A stretch of 63,752 nt of DNA, filler included, from Sphacelaria rigidula (Eukaryota), in the NCBI GenBank assembly GCA_964200075.2. It is 10 parts of 10 records of this genome, joined end to end, with 100 filler letters (N's around TTAATTAATTAA, not from the genome) between each part and the next. Parts side by side here need not be neighbours in the genome. Positions count along the whole stretch, not along the records: positions 1 to 6,286 come from CAXNAA020021008.1; positions 6,387 to 12,672 come from CAXNAA020021009.1; positions 12,773 to 19,057 come from CAXNAA020021010.1; 7 more parts are not named here. The stretch is one strand, 5' to 3'. Shown here in pieces: positions 1 to 12,860 of this stretch. The position numbers and the translations under genes were made by a program. The stretch's first letter is position 1. Every line of letters starts with the position of its first letter. Under the pieces are notes generated by a model, which saw only the letters and a program-made list of their open reading frames with translations, was not told where the DNA came from and did no database searches.

Positions 1-510
1 ATGAGTTGCTTTATTATCTGGTGTCGCCACTTCCCGAGACAGCCACAGCTTATACACTGCCTCATGGGTGAGCTGGGTTTGGGGGGGGCTATCGTAGAAA
101 GTGTCTAACGGGCATCGCCTACCGTAACCTACCGTAATCAGATCAGATTAAAGGCACTACAGCCAGTAAATACAATAGGTTACAGTATTGACTTGCGGCT
201 ACACTCCGTGCAAGAAAATATAAGCATGTGAAAAGTCGGCCACGAGAGTAGACGGCACAAGACGATAGCGGCAGCCGGCGTCATGAATCTCATGCAGCAT
301 GAAGTATGTCGGTGCAACGGTCGGGGACGCTCAACCCGCGGTATAGATGTGGGGTGAGGCAACTTTTAGTACTGTGCCTTTCGCTACGCCATTGTGCAAT
401 AGTCAACCCACGGTATGATGTTGTCGGCAGGTGCTTGGCAAAGCGCAGTTCTGTGCATGCCTCGCGTTTTACAGATAATTTATCAAAATAAGATATATTT
501 TCATAATATA

Positions 511-806
511 AGAGTCATCCTACGGTGAGGGGGGGGAGGGGGAGGGGGGATTGGGCCACTTCCTGCACGAAATCTCAGGTCAAATCGTCGTTGAAAGCAG
601 CAACGGTTGCTCGAACGAGCTTGCTTTGGATAAAATAGCGCTCATTCACACCGATCGACACCGGTTTGAACCAAAGACAAGGGAACCGCGAGTGTGGCAG
701 GTCGCCTGACACACTTATGAGCCTCTTTTTCGTTTAACCAAATACCCCCCCTTCCCGTATCGTGCATGCATGATCATGAGTACACCCCCCTATCGTAGGA
801 TGACTT
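511..806. mobile_element. MITE family A (TIR AGAGTCATCCTACGATAGGGG, AT-rich flanks)
   Basis: agagtcatcctacggtgagggggg ... cccccctatcgtaggatgact; internal sequence similar to copies at ~21372-21732 and ~23475-23731. Confidence 0.75.
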
Positions 807-1589
807 ATAATACAGACATAGCACGAAGCAGCAAGGCATCACCCCTGGGGCGACGGCACTTGGCAGACTCTACACCATAGTGACGGTGCATTACTGCAGG
901 GCACATGGCGTCTGCGTCGCCTTTACGCATTTTTTCAAACGGGGGGATGGTGCTGTTGGAACGTGCATGAGCGCGATGTTTTGACGTACGTCTGCAGTCG
1001 AGGTTACCCCAAACTGCTGTGAACACACCCACTACTGTACAGGGCAGTATCGCAGCACCCCCGGCGGCATGGAAAGGTGACTGCCTGAGATTGTATTACA
1101 CTGTCAGTTCATGAATATGGCGAATGTACCATCGGCGTTGCCCTTGTTGCTATGACGCTGTGAAGAGTATAAACTGCGGCGGGAAGGGCGTGCAGGTCAG
1201 GCGGGAAGCATGCTTCACAAAGGGTTGCCGCGCACTGTGGCCAGGGGAGGAGCTCATGAGTGTAGAAAAAAACGCCGACACGTTCTGAACCTCGCTGCAG
1301 CAAGAAAAGAGGAAACCTTTTCTTGTTCCGCTTGTCACTCGCACGGGTCTGAAAAAACGCGTTGGGCCAAAACTGTTGCGTCTAAGCTGTGAACCATCAA
1401 CCATATCTTGCTCAAACACCGTCAATTGCAAATAATCAATTTTCCATGAAGACTTCCAAAAGGGCTAATATTGACACGACCTTCAAGGCCCCAACATTGG
1501 AAATCCTCTAGAGGATTACGAATACCCAAGATCCTCTAGGGGGGATTTCAAAACAGCCGGAGCCGAGGATGACGTTTGAGAATTCATCT

Positions 1590-2395
1590 ACAAGGTAGAC
1601 GAATGGCCCCGTGTGTACGAGGGGGTGAGAGAGAAAGTCGGAATGAAAATATTCCTACATGGCCCGATGGACGCTGCGAAAGATGTGAAACTGTGATTCC
1701 GGATGGAGGACCTGGACGTGCCAGAAAGGAGAGAGGAATTACCAGTCGTCGTGTGGAGGAGAAAGTAGATGGACAGAACTGCCTGGTGGCGAAGCAATGA
1801 AGAGCGCATGTCATATCGTTGCAGAATGCAAACTCTACCATAGGAACGGGACGTGCTAGAGGGGGAAATGCGGGACTTGAAAGAAGGTGGCGACTGCTGC
1901 CGAGATAGCCCCCCCCCCCAAACCGGCCAAAACTGTGCACGGAGGCGATGACCATAAATGCCGTTAGCGCTGGTTTCATGTTCCACGACGCGACTTATCT
2001 GGGCGTTATAGCTGATTTCGGACTGCTACAAGCCTTTCATGTGGGCGGCATTGCTGCAAACGAGCCCAATAGTGGGATTGCAGCCGGTTTGTCGGACGGT
2101 CTCCCGTGCACGGTTTGTGGGGGGGCTATCTCGGCATTAGTCTGGCATGAAATCGTGTGATGCATTAGACAGTAGGGCGAAGACGATAGTTATACTAGGA
2201 GAGAGATGGTGGGCACAGACGGCAAAACAAACCGGGGATAAGATATTATGTGAAAGGTTATTGTACAATGTATGCAATGAACGTGATGAGCGCCGGAATG
2301 TTGAAGGTTTCTCTATTAGAAGTAGGAACGGTGCTCTGTCTCAAAAGGGATGCGTGGTCAATGGTCACACGATTAAGATAAGCAACAAATGAGTA
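1590..2395 (+). mobile_element. 5'-truncated LINE (3' end of ORF2), interrupted by a MITE at 1892-2142
   Basis: Degenerate HGPMD..K..L.FR..DLD.PER, HIVAEC and GERWWAQTAKQ...GCVVNG.T.K.SNK; same sequence occurs at 7 other places; followed by a C-run. Confidence 0.85.
1892..2142. mobile_element. 251-bp MITE with 4-bp TSD (TGGC)
   Basis: TIR gactgctgccgagatagcccccc / ggggggctatctcggcattagtc; TGGC at 1888-1891 and 2143-2146; empty site gaaggtggcatgaaa present in the LINE copy near 25780-25797. Confidence 0.85.
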
Positions 2396-3177
2396 TTCCC
2401 CCCCCACTCCCTTTGCACGTCTTTCCTTTTTTGTTCGAAGCACAGCCGCCCTTTCCAGTTGACGAATTGCGATCTTTTATTGCCCCAATTTCAATGGCGT
2501 GCGGCGTTGGAACTGAGGCCTTGTTGTCAAGCCATGACGCTGAACATAGAAAGTTTCCCCAGTTTCATTCTGGCAGCTCATCTTTTGTTCACCGCCTACG
2601 CCGCCTTTTGCTGGGTGTCCCGATTGACTACTCGTGATTATCTCACACCCAACTTTGCTACACCTTTAGAGGCTACCCTCCCGATTCTCGCATCAGGTTT
2701 CTGCTTCTACCAAACATTTCTCTTGAACATCATAGTTTTGACTCCTGGTGGTGTTACACCCCTGTACTGTGGCTGTTTGCACACCCTATACCACATTCGT
2801 GACTTCGGGGGGAAAACACTCGAATTCGCGTATGAGTTTTCGCCTCTTCCTCTGGGTTCTCTAAACGTATCGCTCTGAAGCCGCTGAATACGCTCCACAC
2901 ATGTCGCAACGCATTATCCCCGCTTCCTCCCCCAACACGGGAGCTCAACAGCCCTCCATACGCGAAGTCAAACTAAAGGATCTTCCAGTATTTGCGGATC
3001 TGACGCTGATGTATCTTCCGCCTTACGGAAAGCAGTCTCGAGCGCTGCTTGATCCATCGGATTTGAGGAATAGCCCATGCAATTTCCATCGCCCCACCCC
3101 AGATCTAATCTCGATCATAGCGAGGCTTCGCGTACCCTGCCGATCTTTACTGGTCACTCCACCCGTGACCACACCTC

Positions 3178-6100
3178 ACAGCTGTGGCGAGTACCATGCG
3201 GATGCTCTGAAGTCGGCAGCCAGGAGCAAGCGTCTTTCCGCAGTCCCGTCCTGACACTTGGTTCCATCCTTTAGCAACCAAGCGCGCCTTGTGCGTTTTG
3301 TCTGACTTGACCTTGAAGACCCACTTCGAGCCGATAACTTTCTGTCCCGAGGGAACGTTGCTTCGTGGCACGAGTTTGTACACGTTGAGGTCTTGCAGGC
3401 TTTTCATTTCCTTGTCAGTCGCAGCCTTCCACGGCTTCGCTTTCGGCAACTCCATGGCCTCCTTGAAGGTGTTCGGTATGGTCTTGACCTTCTCCCCCTC
3501 CGAAAGACTGTGGATTTGGGTGTTGTTGGCGACGAAGGCGTATTCCAGGAAGTTGACTCTCTCCGCGCGATGTCCGATGTCGGCCAATGGGGTTTTGGTG
3601 AAGAGTGCTAAGCGCCTCAGCTCGGTGATAGTCTTGGGCCTTACGGCGATGTCACGAGCAAGTTGATTGGTGAGGGATGGTTTGTCGACCTTGGTTGTAG
3701 ATCTCGTCCCCGCACGATCAGGTTCTCTTGTGCTCGAGCGCAGGATACGTCCAGTGGCGCTTGGAGCAGGTGCAGATTGTTCCCCCTCAGGTGATGAATC
3801 GTCATGTTCTGGTCCACTCGGTGACGTGGTCTCCTTGTTGCTAGTAAGAAGGTCTTGACTGGTGACCTCTTGTATGTTGCTGACCTGCTGTTGCATGTCG
3901 TTAGTGTCCGATGATGAAAGGACGGCTGAAAGATGACTCGTAGGCGACTCTAGGTCGAGGTATGACGTGTAGGCCATCACGCATAACGTCGTCGTTGGTA
4001 TCGTATCCAAACTCATCTTCTTCGGATCTACTGCCTGGTTCTTTCCCGGAGTCGCCGTACTCGGCCCCGCTGCTCGGCGTCGGGTCTGGTATGGTAGACG
4101 GCGTCTCGATGAAGATGACGTTCCTGCTTTCCCTGACGTTTCTTTCCTCTGGGTTGTAGATGCGGAACGATTTGCTGTCCATGCTGTATCCCCGAAGACG
4201 AACTTCCCAGGCCTTGGGGTCGAGTTTGTGTGTTTGCGTTTCGACGTGCACGAATGCTCCGGCCCCAATTGCCCGAAGGTGTCCGAGGTTGGCGTCTTTG
4301 CCGTACAAAGCCTTGTACGGCGTCATGTTTCCCAGTGCTGCGTGTGGGACTCTGTTGCTCAGGTACCCCGCCGTCTGCATCAGCTCTTCCCAAAGGAAGT
4401 TCGGTGATCCCGAATCCGTGAGAAGGCAGCGTACCATAGCTGCAAGGGTCCGCCCCGCACGCTCGTTTGCTCCGATTTGTAGGGGTGTGGTTCTTGAAGC
4501 GAACTTCAGCTGTACTCCGATTTGGAGGTAGTACTCCCGAAATTCACGACAGGTATATTCCGTTCGTTCGTCTCCCCTGAGATGGTCCTACCTGAATCCA
4601 GAGGGGGCAACCAGAGACTGATTGAATAGCTGAAGTGTTTTGATGGCGTCGCGCTTGGTGTTCATTAGGAAGATTTCCTTCCACTTGGTTTTTTCATCAA
4701 CGAACTTGCTGACGTATTAGAACCCTCCCAGTGCGGGCGGCGACATGGGCCGCATCAGGTCGGGTGAAACCAGCTGAAAAGGTCTTGAAACGTCGTACGT
4801 CGTCTTCTTCGGGTGAGGGCGTTGTGAGCTGTTCTCAATGGCGCAAACGTCGCATGCCTCCATAGTTCTAGTGTAGTCGACTCCATTGTCGTCAATCTTC
4901 CTTAGTACATCCAAGCTCCTGCTGTTGACGTGTCCCAACCTGCGGTGCCACAAGTCCGCTGACTCGGCCCGCATGCCCGTGTTCGGCGGGCTGTCCAATT
5001 CGAGAGACACCGAGCAGGGAGGGGTGTCGTTTCCAAGCCGCTTCAAGGGTACGATCACGTTGCCCATCTCCGAGCCAAGGGTACGATCACGTTGCCCATC
5101 TCCGAGCGTGGCTGTGTCGAATCGAAGATTGTCACCACTCCCATTCCTAATGCGACAACAGGGGAGAAGAGGTGCCTCCCGAGTCCGGGTACCGTTACCG
5201 CTGAGAACGATACCGGATGCTTTTCCCCGTGTTGGTCGCTGAGGATTCCTGTTATGGTGCCCTTCGCTTTGCCTTCGATGTCGTGCTCTTCTGCGATGAT
5301 TATCTGATGGGGCTGCTCCAAAACTTCAGAATCGCGCATTCGCTACTTCAGTCCAGGATGAAGGTCGATGTCCAAGTAGTGCCCCGACGACCCGCTGTCC
5401 ACTAGAATTGTGATGGAACTGCCATTGGTCTCCCCAGTATGTTGGTGAGGGAATGCAGTTGCTGATCTAGCCACGTAAGTCTCGCCGAACGCTGCGAAGG
5501 GACCTGAGTCGTCCGATTGTTTCTTGAGCAAGTCCTTCGATGCAGATCCGAGGGCTATGACGGACTTGATTTTCTTGTCAGGTTTCGTGGAGCTGCTAGC
5601 AGTCGGCATCAACGACAAGGCCGCGACTGATGCAAAGGAGAAGCCAATTGTTTCCTCATCGGAATCGTCGGCTTGTGGAATGTGCGCACCCCACACATCG
5701 GCAAAGTTGATTCTTCCTTGTCGCTTGTTGTGGGCGTCCTTCTGTTGCTTGTAGCATTCTTCATTGCTGTGAGACGTTGTCTTGTGAAGAGAGCACCACT
5801 TCGGGCCAGGCTGTCCACTTGCTTTATTCCAGTGTTTCATCTTAGGCCCCTTATGCTGATGTTGCTTGTGCCGAGGAAGTTCAGGGCAGTCGCGGCGGCG
5901 ATGGCCGTGTTGCTTGCAGTTGAAGCACTTAATGTTGCTGTCTCCGTTTGATGCCTGCATGGCCACTCCCCTTCCGGCGATGGACTCTGTCGAGGTTCAC
6001 GACAGGCTGTCGATGTACATGTTCCTCATCGTGGTCTTGATCTCCTTTAGCCCAAAGTCGCGAAAGCGGAAGCTGGTTTGCGTACATAGTCGTAGTCGTT

Positions 6101-6229
6101 GGAGATCGCCTGTAGAATGATGTTCTCGAACCTCTCGTCAGAGGCAATTTCTCCCCTATCTTTGAGGTGCTCCCGCAGGTCTTCCATCTTGGTGAAGGAG
6201 TCATCCGGGTCTTCGCCTTGAGCCATCAC
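3178..6229 (-). mobile_element. Ty1/copia LTR retrotransposon internal region, decayed (gag-PR-INT-partial RT)
   Basis: Zinc knuckle CFNCKQHGHRRRDC, protease LVDSGSSGHY, LWHRRLGH..CDVC, integrase LWEELMQTAGYLSNRVPH, RT start KWVFKVK..HKARLVAKG; multiple frameshifts; truncated at both ends. Confidence 0.95.
5044..5107. repeat. 32-bp perfect tandem duplication frameshifting the copia pol
   Basis: caagggtacgatcacgttgcccatctccgagc x2. Confidence 0.95.
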
Positions 6230-6286
6230 ACGTGGACAGATAGCACCCTGTGGAGGGGGTCTACAGGGTTTACGTACCCTGCGCAG

Positions 6287-6386
6287 NNNNNNNNNNNNNN
6301 NNNNNNNNNNNNNNNNNNNNNNNNNNNNNNTTAATTAATTAANNNNNNNNNNNNNNNNNNNNNNNNNNNNNNNNNNNNNNNNNNNN
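6287..6386. other. Artificial contig linker (44N-TTAATTAATTAA-44N)
   Basis: Identical 100-nt spacer with stops in all frames, recurring every 6385-6386 nt. Confidence 0.97.
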
Positions 6387-6455
6387 GAATCGAACCCCAC
6401 AACTCAACCATCAGAAGGTTACGAGGTTACCAACTGAGCCACCGGGGCGACCGGC
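6387..6455 (-). mobile_element. tRNA-derived SINE (family A) 5' head, cut by contig end
   Basis: Minus strand A box TGGCTCAGTTGG and B box GGTTCGATTC; nearly identical to 44698-44773. Confidence 0.8.
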
Positions 6456-6713
6456 TCGGTGTGTGTCAATGACATCTAGAGCGGGTCCTAGCATCCTATT
6501 TTTCGATCGAAGAAGTTTGGCGAAAAGAAAAACAATAAAAAAAGTCAGGACAGGTCGTCAATCAAGCCCACGTTATTCATGTTCAAGTGACGACGTATCA
6601 AATCTTCTTTTTTTTTTCACCACCCGTTTTCGATGGGAAAATAGTTTGTCAAGACACGGCCTTAGCCGCTCTTGCTACGACTGTACTCCCAGGCGAATAC
6701 ACGAATTTCTCAT

Positions 6714-6851
6714 CACACCCTGGACAAAAGCTCACATTGACAAAAAGTGTACTACGTACGGTATCGACTATTGCGTCTATTGCAATAGACATTAGGTGCC
6801 ATACTGTACACAGTACGCTTTCTGGCAATGTAATATTTTGTCCATGGGGTG
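6714..6851. mobile_element. Short MITE with TIR CACACCCTGGACAA
   Basis: cacaccctggacaaaa ... ttttgtccatggggtg; flanks atttctcat / atttctat; related to 29235-29379, 31769-31827 and 57805-59082. Confidence 0.8.
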
Positions 6852-7379
6852 ATTTCTATGGACTGCCCAAGAGTGGTGCATCTACAAGTCTTCATCGTGA
6901 TAATATCGATCGAGACCATCATGGACATCGCCCATCCCACCTAGGAGGCCACTGCTAGGTGGAACTTCAGGGAACAGGGACCTTCAAAACAGGGAGTGGG
7001 AGAAGAGTTGACCGGAAAATGACACAAATTCCCAAACAAGGAGCCACGACAAGAAAATTTGCACGTTCCAAGTGTCATTATTGCCAGATGACCAGGCGTC
7101 GAACGGGACACACTTCCGACAGCTCAGGAGCCACTTGGATATTACTTCTCATCAGAGTACTGGTCCGGATCATGAACTAGCTGATTCGGCCACTATTTCC
7201 GTATTAGGTCCCGACAGCAATGTACGCCGAGCACGGGGTGTAGGTGTAGCGGGGAGGTAACGCCTTGGCTTCTCGGACACTGCTGTCACGTGTCTTGTGT
7301 CTTCATACAATGGATCTGAAAGTTATCTTCGATTACTTATTTCAGGTACTTCATGACCTGTCTCACGTGTGGAACTGTC

Positions 7380-7690
7380 CACGGTTAGGACGAATAATCA
7401 CGACTACGAATCACCAAATCCACGATTTCTTCGGCCTGATTGCCCGAAAGGAAGAAAAAAATTGACCGTTGGTCTAGGGGGTATCCACGCAACTTTTGCG
7501 CTATCTAACGTGTCTGGGCTGCATGTACCTGGGTTGCAACGCTGAAAACAAATCCTAGGGATTGATGCGTACGAATCGAATCAACTATACTAAAACCAAG
7601 TAGTTTCCTGACGAATCATTATTTGCCCGACCCTTGAATATGTCGTAGATAACTGCCTGGATGATTAATGACAGCAATCGCATTCTTGAC
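7380..7690 (+). repeat. Old dispersed repeat, unclassified
   Basis: Collinear similarity with ~41900-42180 (e.g. aaacaaatcctagggattgatgcgtacg vs aaacaaagcccaaggattgattcgtacg). Confidence 0.55.
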
Positions 7691-10189
7691 GGGGGTCGTT
7701 TTGATTCACACCATGCACAGTACTGGATACAGAAGGTTTGGGGTGAAAAGTTGCGATACGCTCAGGGACAAAAATACGACCACGACTGAAAATCACACAT
7801 CTTCTTCAAGGGGGTGGGGATAGGATGAGGGGTTGCGCCGGGAATATGAGGTGGACGACCCCCCAGTTTTTCATTGTACACATATGCCAAAATGCAGAAT
7901 TCTCAGACCCACGCACGCACGGCATAGCTGCGAATAGAATCCATGGCTGTTGGTTTCGGCATTTCCTGTATGTGACAGGTACAAAACAATACAGTAGTGC
8001 GTGGACAGCTCCATGCGGTAGTCCCGAACCTTACAGTACACCCATCATTATCAGCACACAGCAGTGGTATTCAACAAACACACTGCGCAATGTTAGCAAT
8101 GAATACAAACCTAAAAGTGGCACTCTACAAGAGCGAAATAATGGCGGTGCACCGGTGCATCGCCTTGCCTCCCTACATACCGAAGCTGAAAGCCCGGGGA
8201 TGCAAAAAAAAACGTCAATCTGATTAAACACAACCTTGCGTGTTCAGAATCGTTTCGAACATGCCAACAGCGGTTGCCTATATAATCGATGAATACATAT
8301 TGCGCGGAAGATGAAATAGGCCACACAATCGCAACGAGCGCTTGCACCACCGGATATATTTGGCTTAATTAGTACTCGCCGTCGAAGAAACAAAGGAGAC
8401 TCCCCACAAGCGGAAGTTGATGGGCAAACAGCCCTAAAACACGCAGCGTGATCATCGTTTGATGAACATTCCGCACATGAACAGCCCATGAGTTTAGTCA
8501 GTTATGTGGTATAACTAATCCTGTGAAACTACGTACCGCTGGATTATACGGAAATGAGCTAACTCGAGTAACGGAGAGTTGACTTGGTCGTCGTGTGAAA
8601 CAGTTGATCAACAGAGCATGTCCACTCGAAAGCGAAGGCTCGACAAATGTTGCTCCTCTAATGGCACATGGCGTATATAGAGCACAACAGACCATGCGTG
8701 GCGCGTGGCGCAAGTTCGGAGAGTGGGGTGCTTGCTCGTTCGGTCACTGCTCCCGTACAGCATGTGCAGACCAGGACAGGAAGACATTACGAAGGAGTCT
8801 TGTAAGTTCGTGCCCACGGTAAAAGACGTGACCGTGCGAAGGGTCGTAAAACAAACAAACGTGGCGTGCAGCACCATGGAACCGAAACCAATTAAAAATG
8901 ACGACTTCTGCCAGGTGGATCATAGAATCTGGAAAAATTGACCGTTGGCATACATGAATCACTACAACTGGTCACACCTCACTTTGAAAATGCTACTATC
9001 GAACGAAATCGCGCTGACTACACCGGGGTCCCTGTTCTGTCTGCGCATCATTGACGGTTCGATTTTTGCATCGTCAAATGGTTGGCCGTGTCAAGCACAT
9101 CACTGGTGCATACAGACGGTTTCACCGGAGAAGTTGGACCATTTCAAGACGGTCCCAGCACTCATCTCACTGTGTTCGATGTGTTCGAATAGCCATTGTT
9201 CGAGATCACAAAAAAGCATGACAACGCTGTGATCCAGAGCCAGTATGGCTGGAACGGTCTTCTTTCCTGCCTACACTTCGATACCAAAAGCTTCGTCCAT
9301 TCCAAGGTGTAGTCATGAATTATATTTTGAAACAAAAAAACTGTGAACAAACCACTTCGCGTAGTGTAGCAGTCACCACCGTAAACGTCACTCGCTTCAT
9401 CGTTATGTTCAAAACTCGACAACCACGATGCTGCTGTGGGCGAAATCAGCTTGTCTAACGAGGCACAACGATGGCAAGATGTGGCTTGAGGGACCTGCGT
9501 GCCCTTCTCCCCGACACAGCGATGTACACCCAAATAACGCCGCGATACCAGAACAGTGAGTCATTACTGCAACCACATACAGCCTCCAAACGTCTCTCGA
9601 ACGCCCATGCTCTTAGTTCAGCAGGTCCAAATTTGGGGATAATCTCACTACAAAGATCACCCCACATCTTCGAAATAGGAAAAAGAAAGAAGGAATCTCA
9701 TATGTTACAGTTCGAGCGGGTTATCCTTCCATGAGATTCGGAATGATGATCTCATGTTCAGGTGATCAGGCGATCCGTATCATTGTACACCCAGATCAGC
9801 TGCCAGAAGAGCGCACCAGAACTTTAATAACACAGTGAATGATCCGACCAGTGGGAAATATCAATAGAGTCTCTGGACCCACCCTTCTAAGGCCCTGTTT
9901 TATAGAGACGAAAAAGTACGCGAGAAACGGTACAAGCGTCCAAAAGCAGCACGTTGATTCATCACCGGTGAAAAAAATCAAGATGCTGCTTCTTGACGCT
10001 CGTTACCCCAATTTTTTTCAACAACACGCTTGGTTGATCTGGGAATCTTCCTCCGGCAAACTGAACCCCCCCCGCAATAGTCCTCTCCCTCTCGAACAGT
10101 AGAGCTGAGTATTTGTAGTAAACAATGGTTGGTGCTCGATTTTACTTAATTTGAGACCAAACAAAATTCTGAGAAAATTCATGGTCTGG

Positions 10190-10490
10190 GGCAGGTGAGC
10201 AGTGGACCCAGCTCGTCCAGAACGTGTTTTGGTCCAAAATCGGCTGAAGGGCGTCGATTTGAGCTCTGGCAACGCACACTTCGCCTAGGGCACCCCCTTG
10301 CCCGAGGGTTCTCGGTATGCCTTGGTCGGGGTTAGCGTTAGGGTTAGCGTTAGGGTTGGCGGTATCTCCATCGTACCAACCATTGTTCACGTACAAATCC
10401 TCAGGTCGCCTTCTCTCGAAACCCGTCCGACAGTATGGTTCCGAGAGGAGGCTGGCGGTTTGACCGCCAGGGTGGCTCATCTGCTGGGCC
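10190..10490. repeat. Dispersed repeat with internal telomere-like GGGTTA tract
   Basis: ggttctcggtatgccttggtcggggttagcgttagggttagcgttagggtt; shared core with 33790-33925. Confidence 0.65.
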
Positions 10491-10547
10491 GACACTCTTT
10501 TCACTTGAAAAATGGATAATAGACCCAGATGATGGTCTAACAGTTGA

Positions 10548-11278
10548 CACCTAAACAGCGACCCCCTCGTCGGTGGACTGATATGGACCATACCACATTT
10601 AAGGTCTAGAACGGCTGTTTTCTCGCCACATAAAACGTCCCTTCTCATGAACAAGTGGATACTGGGGATCCATGTAGTAAAGAGTCCCGGAGAACCACTG
10701 ACCAGTTGTGACTCTGCAGAGTATTGCTCAAAGAGTTAGTATCTGTGCTGTACAAGGTATGTCTTCGCTATATACAATAACCATGGCTCTCCACTGAACA
10801 CGGTATGCTGCATACTCCTGATGTCTCTGCTTGGTGTTCCATGACAACACTACAGACAGTGTGAAGCTATGCTGGCAACACATGAGGGGTCAGCCAGGCG
10901 TCAAAGACCACGGCCAGAGTATAAAACACGTTGCATGTGTCGACCTCATCTATGGTTTCATTGTCATGACCAAATGAGAACTACGGCTAGATAACGAACT
11001 ATTAATAGTTCACCTATAGGGAAACGAGGTGACCAATTTGATAGACGTGGTTGGTCAGAATGGTCACGCTGCTTCTCTCGGGCCTCGTTTCTGGCTTATT
11101 TTTGTCCGTGGGAAATTTCAAAACAAACAAGGTTGACTTCGTGAGCTTTTCGGCTGGTCTACGAACAGGCCCCTACCCCTCTGTAAAAAAACAACCCCCC
11201 CGCCCCCTGGAAACCCTTGGATGTCTCTGGACTATCAACCCGTGAAACTGTTCCGAGGCGAAGCTCGCTGTCTAAGGG
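10548..11278. mobile_element. piggyBac-like non-autonomous element, older copy
   Basis: Ends cacctaaacagcga / tcgctgtctaaggg (consensus CCCTTAGACAGCGA); flanks ttga / tcaa resemble degenerate TTAA. Confidence 0.65.
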
Positions 11279-11753
11279 TCAAGCGGCCGGTAAAGCTCAG
11301 ACACTTGTTCGATGTTCAGCGGACAAGGCGCAAATACGGAAACCGAATAAAACGCCGCACAACATTAGAATGACTTGTGTTTATCAGGTGTGCAGCAGCA
11401 ATGCCCTTGGGAACTACAGCGGGGATCCCTTGGTTATGTATTTTATTTACGAAACGACCTAACCATCAACCATGAGGCAGTAGGCTACTGCGAGTCGACT
11501 TACAAAAGAATTAAAAACGGATATCACGGTCAATATCAGTCCAGCCATGACTACACACCGTTCAATCCAGTGCTGCCTGCCCAGCACACGACACTACCTT
11601 GTAATTGTTTTCAATGTCGACAACTTTGGGCAAGCATATTCTGCTTTTCTTGTGAATCTAGAATAATTTATCAATTTTTCCTCAGCAGGCATATGCAAGG
11701 AAACGGAGCGAAATGCTAGTAAGCTTTAATTGAAGATAGAGACGGTATACCGT

Positions 11754-12363
11754 TAGGCTTTTACTTGTTATGACAGTAAAGTCATTTTTATGCTACTAAT
11801 GTCCCCAACAATTATACTCGGTTTATGATTGCATTCTCAAAATAAAGATGCTCTATGTATGCTCGTAATATCCAACAAGGATGCCGTTTTCGACCGGACA
11901 CAGACCCATCGATCACCATCAGACTGGCAGTTTCATACTGTCATCAGTATCAGTAACGACTAGTTCCTAGTTTAAGAACATTCACGTATTTCAGATCCGC
12001 GGTCGGTGATAGCGGAGATTTCGCCCGAAATATTGCAGCAGGTCAGTATTTAGACCAGTATGCCAACGCTAAGGCCGCTCCTTGTAACAGCCAAGGAAAA
12101 AAATCTGGAAAAGTGTCTTTTCCAGCTTTTGCGTCGTTTTACGCCCCAAAACCGAGCTAGGCGGAGTTTGACACCTTGGGATGACTTCTTCTCCTAGTTG
12201 AGGCGGTTCCGGGACATCTTCCCGTTTTCCGGTGGCCCCAATTTTCATTTTGGCCCAACTAGGTCTATGCTCGATTATGCTACTCGATGACACGCTATGC
12301 TTGTTATGCTACCAAGGTGGAATTATGCCAGAAATTATGCTAGCATAATGAGTAAAAGGTCTA
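11754..12363. mobile_element. Degenerate TIR element with TTATGC-rich subterminal repeats (TAG...CTA ends)
   Basis: taggcttttacttgttatg ... gcataatgagtaaaaggtcta; clustered ttatgc motifs near both ends; no clear TSD. Confidence 0.45.
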
Positions 12364-12434
12364 TAGACTAGAGGTCGGAAATGGTTTGTCGAACCATTAA
12401 CCAGTTAAATGGTTACGCGTAGCGCACTCATTAA

Positions 12435-12672
12435 CCCTTAGACAGCGACCCCCCCGCTGATAGACTGGGGTAGACACTACACTTTTTGGGTTCAGAACCA
12501 TTCCTTTGCCACAACTCAAAACGCCTACTCTACGGCGGAAGGGAACGGGAGTGCATAAGAGGTACACAGTTGCGTCATAACACAGACGGTGGTGTGGTTG
12601 TCGACCACCTGATTATTACGCCTCATATTTTTGCTGTGCAGCCTGTAGTGTATCGTGCCGCGGCTGCACGTG
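12435..12672 (+). mobile_element. piggyBac-like element left end, cut by contig end
   Basis: TTAA (12431-12434) then CCCTTAGACAGCGA; highly similar to 57127-57367. Confidence 0.8.
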
Positions 12673-12772
12673 NNNNNNNNNNNNNNNNNNNNNNNNNNNN
12701 NNNNNNNNNNNNNNNNTTAATTAATTAANNNNNNNNNNNNNNNNNNNNNNNNNNNNNNNNNNNNNNNNNNNN
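12673..12772. other. Artificial contig linker
   Basis: Same 100-nt spacer. Confidence 0.97.
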
Positions 12773-12801
12773 CCAGGGTGGCGTTTCGGGGGGTGGTGCG
12801 C

Positions 12802-12860
12802 GTACTCATTTGTTGCTTGCCTTAGTCGTTTGACCATTGACCACGCATCCCTTTCGAGAC
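12802..12860 (-). mobile_element. LINE 3'-terminal fragment
   Basis: Matches the LINE 3' end; G-rich on both flanks. Confidence 0.85.

Noticed and set aside
6387..6455. Functional tRNA gene (also 44698-44773, 33436, 37529, 59773)
   Set aside because: A/B boxes present but D-stem does not pair and heads continue into shared dispersed bodies, so SINEs
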